A stretch of DNA of 32,000 nt from Ktedonobacterales bacterium (GTDB lineage: Bacteria > Chloroflexota > Ktedonobacteria > Ktedonobacterales > JADMIN01), in contig CP126532.1 in the NCBI GenBank assembly GCA_030167145.1, positions 1,890,001-1,922,000 of the forward strand, given 5' to 3'. The position numbers and the translations under genes are program-made. Positions 17,410-25,600 of this stretch are shown here, one piece after another. How positions within the stretch are numbered: the first letter of the stretch is position 1; each line of letters starts with the position of its first letter. The notes under the pieces were generated by a model that saw only the letters and a list, made by a program, of their open reading frames with translations, did not search any database and was not told the origin of the DNA.

Positions 17410-18221
17410 CAGGAAACACCCCTCAGCGTGACGACGAGGTCGGCGTGTTGGGCGTGTTCGGCCACGAGTTCATCGAGGGCGAGGCAGATGTGCTTGATGG
17501 TATCCACGGATTGCGTGGCCCAGGAATAGCTGATCTCCTGCACCTTGCCGTCGGGGCTGGCTTGTGCGCGGTCGGCGCGGTGGACGATGTCGTTGCGGCG
17601 GCGAGTGGTTTCGTCAATGACGCTCATCAGCTCTTTCTTGTCGCGCTGGAGCTTGGCGGCGATCTGATCCCAGGGCTTTTCGAGGCTGAGCAGCGCGCCG
17701 ACAACATGCACACCCTTGCGCGAACTGAGGTATTTGAAGGAGGTCTGCGCGAGGATGCGGTTGGCGATGAAGAGCGGGGCGTCGGGATCGCCGAGCAGCC
17801 GGAGGGTCTCGGAGAGCGAGAAGGTGAGGTCTTTGAAATACTCTTCGATGCTGGGATCGGGTGGCAGGAAGTCGCGCCCGCGCGCGGCGATCACCTGGGG
17901 GAGATTGGCGCGGAGCACGGATGGCAAGTAGGCGTCGAGTGCGGTGCAAGCGGCGACGACCGATTGGCGCAGCAGGTTGGCGAGCGACTGGCGTCGCAGG
18001 GCGCTCTTGGGGATCTGGGCGCTCTCGCGGACGAGGCCGACGAAGATCTCGTTGTAGATCAGCATCAGGTCTTCGTCGTGCTGGGCATGGACGATGCCGG
18101 CCAGCGCGGTGACCAGCTCGCCATCGGTCTGGATGGTCTGGCAGTCGAGCAGGCGGTAGACGCGCAGCAGCAGTTCGGCGGGGCGCATGGTGTCTTCGAA
18201 TACCTGGCGTGGACTCGTCAC
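17409..18221 (-). CDS. HEPN-like (Rx4H) protein embedded between brxC and pglX
   Basis: GTG start at 18221 preceded by AAGGAGAAGGAGGG with a 6-nt spacer. The stop overlaps the pglX ATG by 1 nt. It is a helical 270-aa protein with ETTRRRNDIVHRAD near the C-terminus (RNDIVH = R-N-x3-H, 17580-17597). The family assignment is inferred only. Confidence 0.55.
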   Translation of the reverse strand: MTSPRQVFEDTMRPAELLLRVYRLLDCQTIQTDGELVTALAGIVHAQHDEDLMLIYNEIFVGLVRESAQIPKSALRRQSLANLLRQSVVAACTALDAYLPSVLRANLPQVIAARGRDFLPPDPSIEEYFKDLTFSLSETLRLLGDPDAPLFIANRILAQTSFKYLSSRKGVHVVGALLSLEKPWDQIAAKLQRDKKELMSVIDETTRRRNDIVHRADRAQASPDGKVQEISYSWATQSVDTIKHICLALDELVAEHAQHADLVVTLRGVS

Positions 18222-18244
18222 GTGTGGCCCTCCTTCTCCTTGTC

Positions 18245-21200
18245 CTATTCGACGATGATGCTGGCGCCCTGGGCGAGCAGCTTGAACAGTTCGTCGCGGA
18301 GCTTGTCGAGCGCGGCGTTCACGGCGGCTTCGGTGTCCAGGGAGTCGGGAAAGAATTCGGCGGCGCGCACGTGCGAGATGGCGCTCTGGCCGCGCTCCGC
18401 CGTATCGGGCGCAAGGGTCAGCTCCTGGATGCGCGCGAGCGCCTGGGATTTGAGGCCAGCGAGGGCGAGCAGGTCGGATTCGATTTGGCTGAGCGTCGCG
18501 TGGCAGTGCGGGCAGACGCTGGCCGTATCGTCGAGATGAAGACCTTCGATGCAGGCGCGCTGGGTCAGGGGATCGAGCAGCGCCGGACGGGAGGCTTCGG
18601 GCACATTGGGCCAGTTGGCGCTGCCCTTGATCGCGTCAATCGCGGCATCGAAGTGACTGTGCCGTTTCGCGTGCAGCCCCTCGTAGACATCGGCGTAGGC
18701 GGCGGCGAGCGCGCGGGTCATGTCGCGCAGGTGGGGCAAGCGCTCGTAGAGCGTGCTGTCACCGAGGATGTGCTGTATTTCCGCGGCTTTGTCGTCCAGC
18801 CCGTCGGTTGCGCCACGGGCTTGCAGGATGGGCCATTGCTGGTCGAGGACACGCCGGGCGTCGCGGACGGTGGCGACGATGTGCTGCTCGGTCAGCGCTT
18901 CGCGGATGCGCCGGGCCTGGGCGCGCAGCTCTTTGAGGGAGGTGCTTTCGCCGGCGAGGGTGCGCACGCAATCGTCTGAGGCGGCGTTCTGGATGGCGGT
19001 GAGGGACTGGTAGTAGTCGTCGAGCAGGTCCATGCCGGGGAGGTCGTTGGCGCGGACCTCGGCGCGGGCGGGCAGCAGGAGCGCAATCTCCGCGTTGGCC
19101 AGCTTCTTCAGGCTTTCGGCGATGGCGCCTTCTTCGACATCCACCTCATCGCCGGTGAGGGTCTCGAAGCCACGCACGGCGGCGGTGAGGGTGCGCAAAT
19201 CAATAGATTCGCGCGGGGTGAACGAGGCGCTGCGGAAGGCGGGGTTGGAGGTGAGCGGAGTGCGGCAGAGTGGGTCTTGCGCGTTGCGGTAGCGCCGGCC
19301 CTGATAGGTCACCTCGACGGCGCCCGCGCGCAGCAGCAGCGCCAGCACCAGCTTGATGACGTCGAGTTCCCAGCCGTAGGAAAGGCCGGTGAAGTGGGCC
19401 TCCAGCTCTTTGCCGGTGACGCGGTTGCCGTAGGAGTGCTCTTTCTTGAGATAGTCGAGCACCTCTTTGGCGATCTCGGCGTGGACATGGGGGACGAACT
19501 TCGCGCCCTCTTTGGTGACGAGGTTGAGGCCGTGCTCGCCACCGTAGAATACTTGCGGGAGCGCGTTGAGGTTGGCGGCTTTGAGCACTTCGTCGGCTTC
19601 GTTGCCAGTGAGGCCGGGGCGAGCGCCCATCTCGAGCTTGGGATAGAGGTCGGGGACGACGGCGTTGAAGAGATTTCGGAAGATTTCGGCGAGCGATCTG
19701 CCGAGGTCGGAGGCGTCTTTGGAGATGCCGCGAAAGATGCTCTGGCCGCGTGCGAGCGCCGCCTCCAGCTTCTCGCGCAGGCGACTCTGGTAGCGCGCTT
19801 GCTCGCGTTTCTCGGCATCGAGGAGGGGGGTAAGCTCGGCGGCACGCTCGCCCTGCGCGCCCGCCTGGCTATATTTGGCGATCATCTGGCTGGAGGCATG
19901 CACCTGATTGATCAAGGTGTCTAACTCGGCATCCAGGGCGAAGATCCAGTAGATGTCGTTGGTGTGGTCGCCCATGCGGCTCTCGCTGCGGGCGTCTTCC
20001 AACCGGCTGGCAAGCTCGGTCGGCGCGTCGGCGACGCGGAGGGTGAGCGGAATATCGCCCGTCGCAAGGCGCACGTCGTCCATGGTCAGTCCGACCTTGA
20101 AGGTGCGCTTGAGCGGGTGCTGGTAGGTGAGCAGTTTTTGGTCGGAGAAGATTTTTAGCAGGGACTCGCGTTGAATCTCGTTGCGCTCGCGGGGTTTGGG
20201 TTCGAGATACTGCTTGCGCTCGGTATCCCAGTTCTTCTCCTGGGCGGTGAGCAGTTTCCAGCCTTCTTCGGTATGGCGGACGAACTGCGCTTGCTCCAAC
20301 CTGCGGATCGCCGCTTGTACCTGCGGCAGCGGCGCGGACGCGCCCACCTGATCCACCAGCACGGCGGCGACGTTGGCGTCGGTGCGAGGCAGGTCGCGCA
20401 CGAATTCGAGCAGGCAGAGCGCCTTGGCGACGCGGGCGGCCCAGCCGGCATCGTCGCGGTCACTCTTGAAGCGTTCGGTGATGTCGCTGATGTCTTTCTG
20501 CTTCTCAGACGAGAGACTGCCCTCGACCAGCTCGTAGATCAGATCGAGGGTGACGAGCCGCCCGACGGGCTGCCGCGCGAGATCGGTGCGCGGCGCGGTG
20601 AGCATGGAGTGCGCTTGTTTGATGATGGTGCGGTTGCTGCCGCTGATGTGGCGCGGCGCGCCGGGTTGGGAGCGGATGCCAGTCATGATATCTATCGAGA
20701 GGTCAATGTAGTGCGGCAGGTAGGGGTAGAAGCGCACGAAGTCGTCTTCGCGCACCTCACTCTTGCGGCTGGTGCGCTCCAGATGGCAGGAGGTGTTGAG
20801 CTGGCCCTGCGCCTGGGCGAAGATCTGGCGCAGTTCGGGGACGGCGCTGGGCTTCTTATCGAGCACGCGCTTGGTGGCGACTTCGCTGATGTCGGCGGGG
20901 GTGAGGTCCACGCGATGGCGGAAGCGGTCCTGCACCATGGCGAGCTGCACGCGGCGCGAGTCGAGGGCGGAGACGACTTCTTCGAGTTTCTCCTGGCTGG
21001 TGACGATGATCCAGATGGGGGCGATGGCCTGGCGGGCGCGGATGCGGTTCTTGCTCTCCTGGCCGAAGTGTTCGACCACGGCGCGCAGATCGTTGAGCTT
21101 GTCGGCGCTCTGCGAGACATACTGGCCCACTTCGTCTACGATGAAGGTGAGCGCTTTGCCGGGGCGGCGGCGCGCCATTAGCTCGAAGGCGCGATCCACC

Positions 21201-21913
21201 AGCTTTTTCGTGTTGATGTCTGCGGTACGCCCAGCCAGTGACCGCGCCCAAGAGTCGGCGGCGGGGTAGGTGCGTGGGTCGAGTTCGTGCAGCGCGGCAC
21301 TGGCGCGATTCAGCTTCGTTGCGCCAGTGCGGACAACCTCCCAGGGTGGGCCGCCGTGCGCCTGAGCACAGGCGACGAATGCGTCGAGCTGGCCATCGCG
21401 CTCAAGCTCAATTTCTAGCTCGGCGATATCGAAGTCTTCGGCGTAACCCAGCGAGCGCAAGAGCTGGGCGTAGAGAAGCTCAGTGATGCGCTCGTTATTG
21501 GTACGTGCGGAACGCTCGACCATGACATCGAACATGATGACTTCGGTGGGGATGCGCGCGGTGATGAAGTCTACCAGTTGCGAGATGGCGGGGTCGTCAA
21601 GCTGCTGCTTAAAGAGGTCGGCGGCGCGGTGGCCGAGCACGGTGCGATTGGCGAGGACGTAGCCGAGGTTTTTGGCGAAGGAGGATTTGCCGGAGCCGAA
21701 GAAGCCAGAGATCCAGATGCCGACGCCTTCGGTGAGATCGGTGGGCGCGTCGGCCATGGCTTTGAGCAATCCGTGATAGTGTTCGCGGATGCGTTTGGTG
21801 GCGACGTATTCGGTGAGTTCACTGTAGACGGTCTTTTCGTCTTCCTGGGTCACCTTGATGATTTCTTCGATGTGCTGGTTCAGGTCGCGGCTGAGCAGGT
21901 CTTGTATGTGCAT
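18245..21913 (-). CDS. brxC: BREX P-loop ATPase BrxC
   Basis: 1222 aa. The N-terminal region is typical of BrxC (MHIQDLLSRDLNQHIEEIIKV...GIWISGFFGSGKSSFAKNLGYVL, Walker A). Confidence 0.9.
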   Translation of the reverse strand: MHIQDLLSRDLNQHIEEIIKVTQEDEKTVYSELTEYVATKRIREHYHGLLKAMADAPTDLTEGVGIWISGFFGSGKSSFAKNLGYVLANRTVLGHRAADLFKQQLDDPAISQLVDFITARIPTEVIMFDVMVERSARTNNERITELLYAQLLRSLGYAEDFDIAELEIELERDGQLDAFVACAQAHGGPPWEVVRTGATKLNRASAALHELDPRTYPAADSWARSLAGRTADINTKKLVDRAFELMARRRPGKALTFIVDEVGQYVSQSADKLNDLRAVVEHFGQESKNRIRARQAIAPIWIIVTSQEKLEEVVSALDSRRVQLAMVQDRFRHRVDLTPADISEVATKRVLDKKPSAVPELRQIFAQAQGQLNTSCHLERTSRKSEVREDDFVRFYPYLPHYIDLSIDIMTGIRSQPGAPRHISGSNRTIIKQAHSMLTAPRTDLARQPVGRLVTLDLIYELVEGSLSSEKQKDISDITERFKSDRDDAGWAARVAKALCLLEFVRDLPRTDANVAAVLVDQVGASAPLPQVQAAIRRLEQAQFVRHTEEGWKLLTAQEKNWDTERKQYLEPKPRERNEIQRESLLKIFSDQKLLTYQHPLKRTFKVGLTMDDVRLATGDIPLTLRVADAPTELASRLEDARSESRMGDHTNDIYWIFALDAELDTLINQVHASSQMIAKYSQAGAQGERAAELTPLLDAEKREQARYQSRLREKLEAALARGQSIFRGISKDASDLGRSLAEIFRNLFNAVVPDLYPKLEMGARPGLTGNEADEVLKAANLNALPQVFYGGEHGLNLVTKEGAKFVPHVHAEIAKEVLDYLKKEHSYGNRVTGKELEAHFTGLSYGWELDVIKLVLALLLRAGAVEVTYQGRRYRNAQDPLCRTPLTSNPAFRSASFTPRESIDLRTLTAAVRGFETLTGDEVDVEEGAIAESLKKLANAEIALLLPARAEVRANDLPGMDLLDDYYQSLTAIQNAASDDCVRTLAGESTSLKELRAQARRIREALTEQHIVATVRDARRVLDQQWPILQARGATDGLDDKAAEIQHILGDSTLYERLPHLRDMTRALAAAYADVYEGLHAKRHSHFDAAIDAIKGSANWPNVPEASRPALLDPLTQRACIEGLHLDDTASVCPHCHATLSQIESDLLALAGLKSQALARIQELTLAPDTAERGQSAISHVRAAEFFPDSLDTEAAVNAALDKLRDELFKLLAQGASIIVE

Positions 21914-22139
21914 ACCTATCCCCCTGGCCCCCTTCCCTACGAGGGAAGGGGGGAATGTACCTATCCCCCTGGCCCCCTTCCCTACGAGGGAAGGGGGAAG
22001 ACGGACCTATCCCCCTGGCCCCCTTCCCTACGAGGGAAGGGGGGAATGTACCTATCCCCCTGGCCCCCTTCCCTACGAGGGAAGGGGGAAGACGGACCTA
22101 TCCCCCTGGCCCCCTTCCCTACGAGGGAAGGGGGAAGTG
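21914..22139. repeat. tandem array of 5 GC-hairpin repeat units filling the DUF559-brxC spacer
   Basis: Units start at 21914, 21959, 22005, 22050 and 22096, so periods alternate 45/46 bp (a 91-bp higher-order unit). Each unit is ACCTATCCCCCTGG + CCCCCTTCCC-TACGA-GGGAAGGGGG. The spacers alternate between AATGT and AAGACGG. Confidence 0.95.
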
Positions 22140-22538
22140 TTAGTGTGCGGCGTCGGGCGCTGGTGGCGCTGATGTCCGACAGGCGGCGGCGATGCGTGCG
22201 AGAACGCTGGGCAGATCGCGCTGGATGTCGTGATTGGATATGCGCAGCACGCGCAATCCATGGCCGACGAGCACTTGATCTCTCTCTGTATCATACTCCA
22301 CCTGCTCGTTGTGAATGCTACCATCCACTTCGACGACAAGTGCGGCTGCGTGACAGTAGAAATCCACGATAAATCCGGCGATCACTTGCTGACGCCGGAA
22401 GTGAAGCCCTTGCAAGCGATTCGCGCGCAGCCAGTGCCAGAGCAGTTCTTCCTCCTCAGTCATCGCCGCCCGAAATGCCCTGGCTTGTTCCACCTTCACT
22501 GGCGCCACTCGCTGTCCACGGACGATCTTTCGTGCCAT
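22140..22538 (-). CDS. DUF559 (Vsr-like / PD-(D/E)xK fold) endonuclease-domain protein
   Basis: EEELLWHWLRANRLQGLHFRRQQVIAGFIVDFYCHAAALVVEVDGSIHN...DQVLVGHGLRVLRISNHDI matches the DUF559 pattern (LW..LR...FRRQ..ig.yivDF.c....lviElDG..H...D..Rd..L...G..vlRf). Confidence 0.85.
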   Translation of the reverse strand: MARKIVRGQRVAPVKVEQARAFRAAMTEEEELLWHWLRANRLQGLHFRRQQVIAGFIVDFYCHAAALVVEVDGSIHNEQVEYDTERDQVLVGHGLRVLRISNHDIQRDLPSVLARIAAACRTSAPPAPDAAH

Positions 22539-22554
22539 ATCGCTGTATTCCTCT

Positions 22555-22597
22555 CTTATACTGCCCTTATACCGCCCTTATACCGCCCTTATACTGG
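22555..22597. repeat. four direct repeats of CTTATAC(C/T)GCC with an exact 11-bp period, upstream of DUF559
   Basis: CTTATAC occurs at 22555, 22566, 22577 and 22588. On the coding strand each reads GTATAAG. The repeats lie 17-60 nt upstream of the DUF559 ATG (22538). Confidence 0.85.
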
Positions 22598-22620
22598 ATG
22601 GTCTTGACCTGTTTGGACTA

Positions 22621-22648
22621 GCGCATCGCAGCCTGTATCGGGATGCGC
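22621..22648 (-). other. hairpin immediately after the stop of the pglX paralogue
   Basis: GCGCATC (22621-22627) pairs with GATGCGC (22642-22648) around a 14-nt loop. No U-tract follows on the coding strand, so terminator function is doubtful. Confidence 0.3.
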
Positions 22649-25600
22649 TCACCTCTCCTCCCCCTTCCCTCCCAGGGAAGGGGGCTGGGGGGTTAGGTCC
22701 GTCTCCCCCTTCCCTCCCAGGGAAGGGGGCTGGGGGGTTAGGTCCGTCTCCCCCTTCCCTCCTAGGGAAGGGGGCTGGGGGGTTAGGTCCGTCTCCCCCT
22801 TCCCTCCTAGGGAAGGGGGCTGGGGGGTTAGGTTCTGCGCGATGGCGTAGCTCTGGTTCGCGCGGCAAGCGGCGAGGACGCGGTCGGGCCAGTAGCGCAT
22901 GGCGGTGCGGGACCAGTCGTAGTCGCCGCGCTCCAGCGCCTGCCAGCATTGCCGGGGTTCGGTGGACCAGGCGGGCATGAGGGTATGAAGCGGGGCGAGG
23001 TTGATGAGGATGCCGTCGTCTAGCTCTGGCGCCCAGCCGGTCGTCTCGCCGCGCGCGTTGGGCTGGGTGGTGACGGCGGCGAGGGCTTTGTCGAAGGCTT
23101 CGAGGTCGTTGAGGGTGGATTCGAGCGCTTCGAGGGCGCGTTCGGCGCGGCGGCGCTCGGCGCCCTGGGGCAGCGCGGGCAGGCGCTGGCGCTGCTCGGC
23201 GATGTCGCGCCGGACGGAGGCGATGCGGCCGCCCAGGTAACGGCTGCCGCGCAGCAGGTGCAGGGTGTCGCGGGTGACGCATTCGGCGAAGAGGTAGACG
23301 CCGTAGCCGCGCTTGGGCGATTGCAGCAACCAGTAGATGGGGCGCTTACGATAGCGTTTGTGGTGGTCTTTGAAGAAGTCTTTGGCGAGCCAGTCGTGCA
23401 GCGGGCGCCCGCCAGTGGCGGTGGCGAGCAGGCCCTCGACCTTATCGTCGCCGAGCAGGACTTCGAGCACGTGGGTGACGCGGGCGGCGAGGTCGTCGGG
23501 GTGGCCAGGATCGAGTACGGCGATGGGGGACCCCTCCCCCAGCCCCTCCCCCACAGGGAGAGGGGAGTTGAGAGTGAGGGGGGTAATGGCGAGGCTGGCG
23601 GCTGGGGGTGTGCCATCGGGCGCAGGGAGCGGTGCGACGCCGTTGCCAAGCGCGCCAAGGATGCCGGGGGAGAAGCGACCGAGGGCGATGCCGACGGCGT
23701 AGCTGACCCAGCGCGCGGCGAGGGATGACCTATCCCCCCCGGCCCCCCTTCCCTGGGAGGGAAGGGGGGAGAGAGAGGCATGCGCGCCGTTTGCGCAAGA
23801 TTCGCCATCTGCGCTATTGATGGCATCCGCGTCCGCGTCCGCTTCTTCGTATTTCTCCGCGTCACGATCATCGCCAGCCAGCGCCGCCGCCTCGTCTTCC
23901 TCCTCCCCCTCACGCGCCCCACCTGCTAGCGCCGCCGCCACCTCGTCTTCCTCCTCCCCCTTCCCTCCCAGGGAAGGGGGCTGGGGGGATAGGTCCGCTT
24001 CGATGGCGGCGCGGTCTGCGGGGCTGATGTCGTAGAGGCGGTAGACTTCTTCGTTTATTTCGCGCTCGATGGCGGCGAGCTCGGCGTGACGGGCGGCGAC
24101 GCGGGCCAGACCATCGGGCCAGGCGGGCGGGGCGACGAACTCGTAGGTGGTCTCGTCTTCGGCGCTGTCGGCGCGGGCGAGGGCTATCGCCCGCTCGACG
24201 AGGCCGCGCAGGGTGTCGCTGGACACGGTGGGGATGGGGAGACGCTTCAGATCGCCCAGGTAAAAGTGAAACGTTGGATTCAGCACCGCAAGTAAGTGAT
24301 TAGCAACTGACGAGTTCAATATGCCAAGCAGCTTATATAAAATGCTGCTCTGCTCAGAGAAAATACAGTTGCCTGCATGATCAAAGAGAAAGCCAGCAGG
24401 CATGTAGCGTATGCTTAAACCTTTGGATGTGAGATCAGTGAAAGTCAGTCCTTGGTGGAAATAGAGTTGTCTGCTTGGAAGTTTGTTGCCTCTTTCGGAA
24501 AGAATGCGGAAGTGGGGCAAGTCGTAAGCAATTACAAATTCTTGGTTACCCCACCAGCGTCGGAACTCACCGCCCTTCATATGTGGAAACCACCGCTTCC
24601 CTGTGTACCAGGCTTCCTCGGCAGATGTGCAACCGAATCCAATACTAGAAATGCCTACCTCCCACCAGAATCGCAAGAAACGCGAATTTCCTGATGTTGC
24701 CAGCCCTTGTCGCGGATTAGCACTATTGACAAGTTTAGGCAAATTAGCGAAGAGTGATCGTAGAGACGGGGTTATTTGGTAGACCCAGGGGGAGCCGGGG
24801 ATGGCATCGAAGTCGCGCTGGCGGTAGGCGTAGACGGCGGGGTCGGTTGCGCCAGCCTGGAAGGCGGCGACGGCACGCTCGAAGCCACGGCGCTTGGCTT
24901 CGGCGTCGGGTTCGCGGACGAGGCGGATATACCTGCCGGTGGCGTGGTCGCGGCGGGCGGCGTCGGGTTCGGCGCGGAGGACGAAGAGGGTAGTGTTGAC
25001 TATCTCGCCGTCGATCTCGGCAAAGGCGCGCGGGCCGACGTGGATCATCGTTTCGATGGCGGTCAGGTGGCGCAGCTTGTCGCGCAGCGCTTCGTAGCTG
25101 CTGATGAACATGAACGACTGCTGTGTAATCATCGCCAGCCGTCCGCCGGAGGCGAGCATCTGTGCGCAGCGGTCAATGAACGCGGCGTAGAGGTTGTCTT
25201 CGGATGCTGGAAATTCCACTTCCAGATATTTGCGCATGGTGGCTGACATGTTGTCGCTACCCATATAAGGCGGGTTGGCGGCGACGACATCGTAGCGGCG
25301 GAGCATCACGTCGAGCAGGCGCATGCCCTTGACGGCTTCGCCGGCGAAGTAGGCCTGGTCTATGCCTTCGCGGGCCTGCTGGCGGGCGAATTCGTCGAAG
25401 GCCTGGACGATCTGCGCTTCGAGGATGCCCCAGTATTCGTCGTCGTCGGCGTCTTCTTCGAAGAGCGTGCGCAGCTCGGGGAAGGGCAGGCGCCCCTGGC
25501 CTTCGAGGCGGAAACGCTGGCGTTCGGCCAGGATGATGGCGCGAATCTCGTCTTCGAGCCGCAGCAGCGAGCCAAGCTGGTTGGCGTCGCGCAGGCGCTG

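Noticed and set aside
21914-22139. The tandem 45-48-bp arrays here, at 22658-22833 and at 26008-26150 could be read as CRISPR arrays.
   Set aside because: The units abut one another with only 5-7 nt of alternating filler, so there are no unique spacers of ~30 bp. Two arrays lie in frame inside a CDS, and I see no cas genes in the window.
21578-22372. Plus-strand ORFs encoding PLAPFPTREGG repeats (21578-22372, 21855-22172, 21955-22143) and the minus-strand alternative frame 22578-23282.
   Set aside because: These are open only because the stop-free hairpin repeat is read through. They overlap brxC, DUF559 or the pglX paralogue and have no independent start signals.
23728-23994. The inverted pair of single repeat copies (23728-23771 and 23954-23994), 267 bp in total, looked like a MITE carrying an acidic cargo peptide.
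   Set aside because: The enclosed acidic linker (…AGDDRDAEKYEEADADA…) is homologous to the native linker of the other paralogue (…AGDDRDEERDAQSNANA…). The interior is therefore original PglX sequence, and the two repeats are more likely independent insertions at the linker edges.
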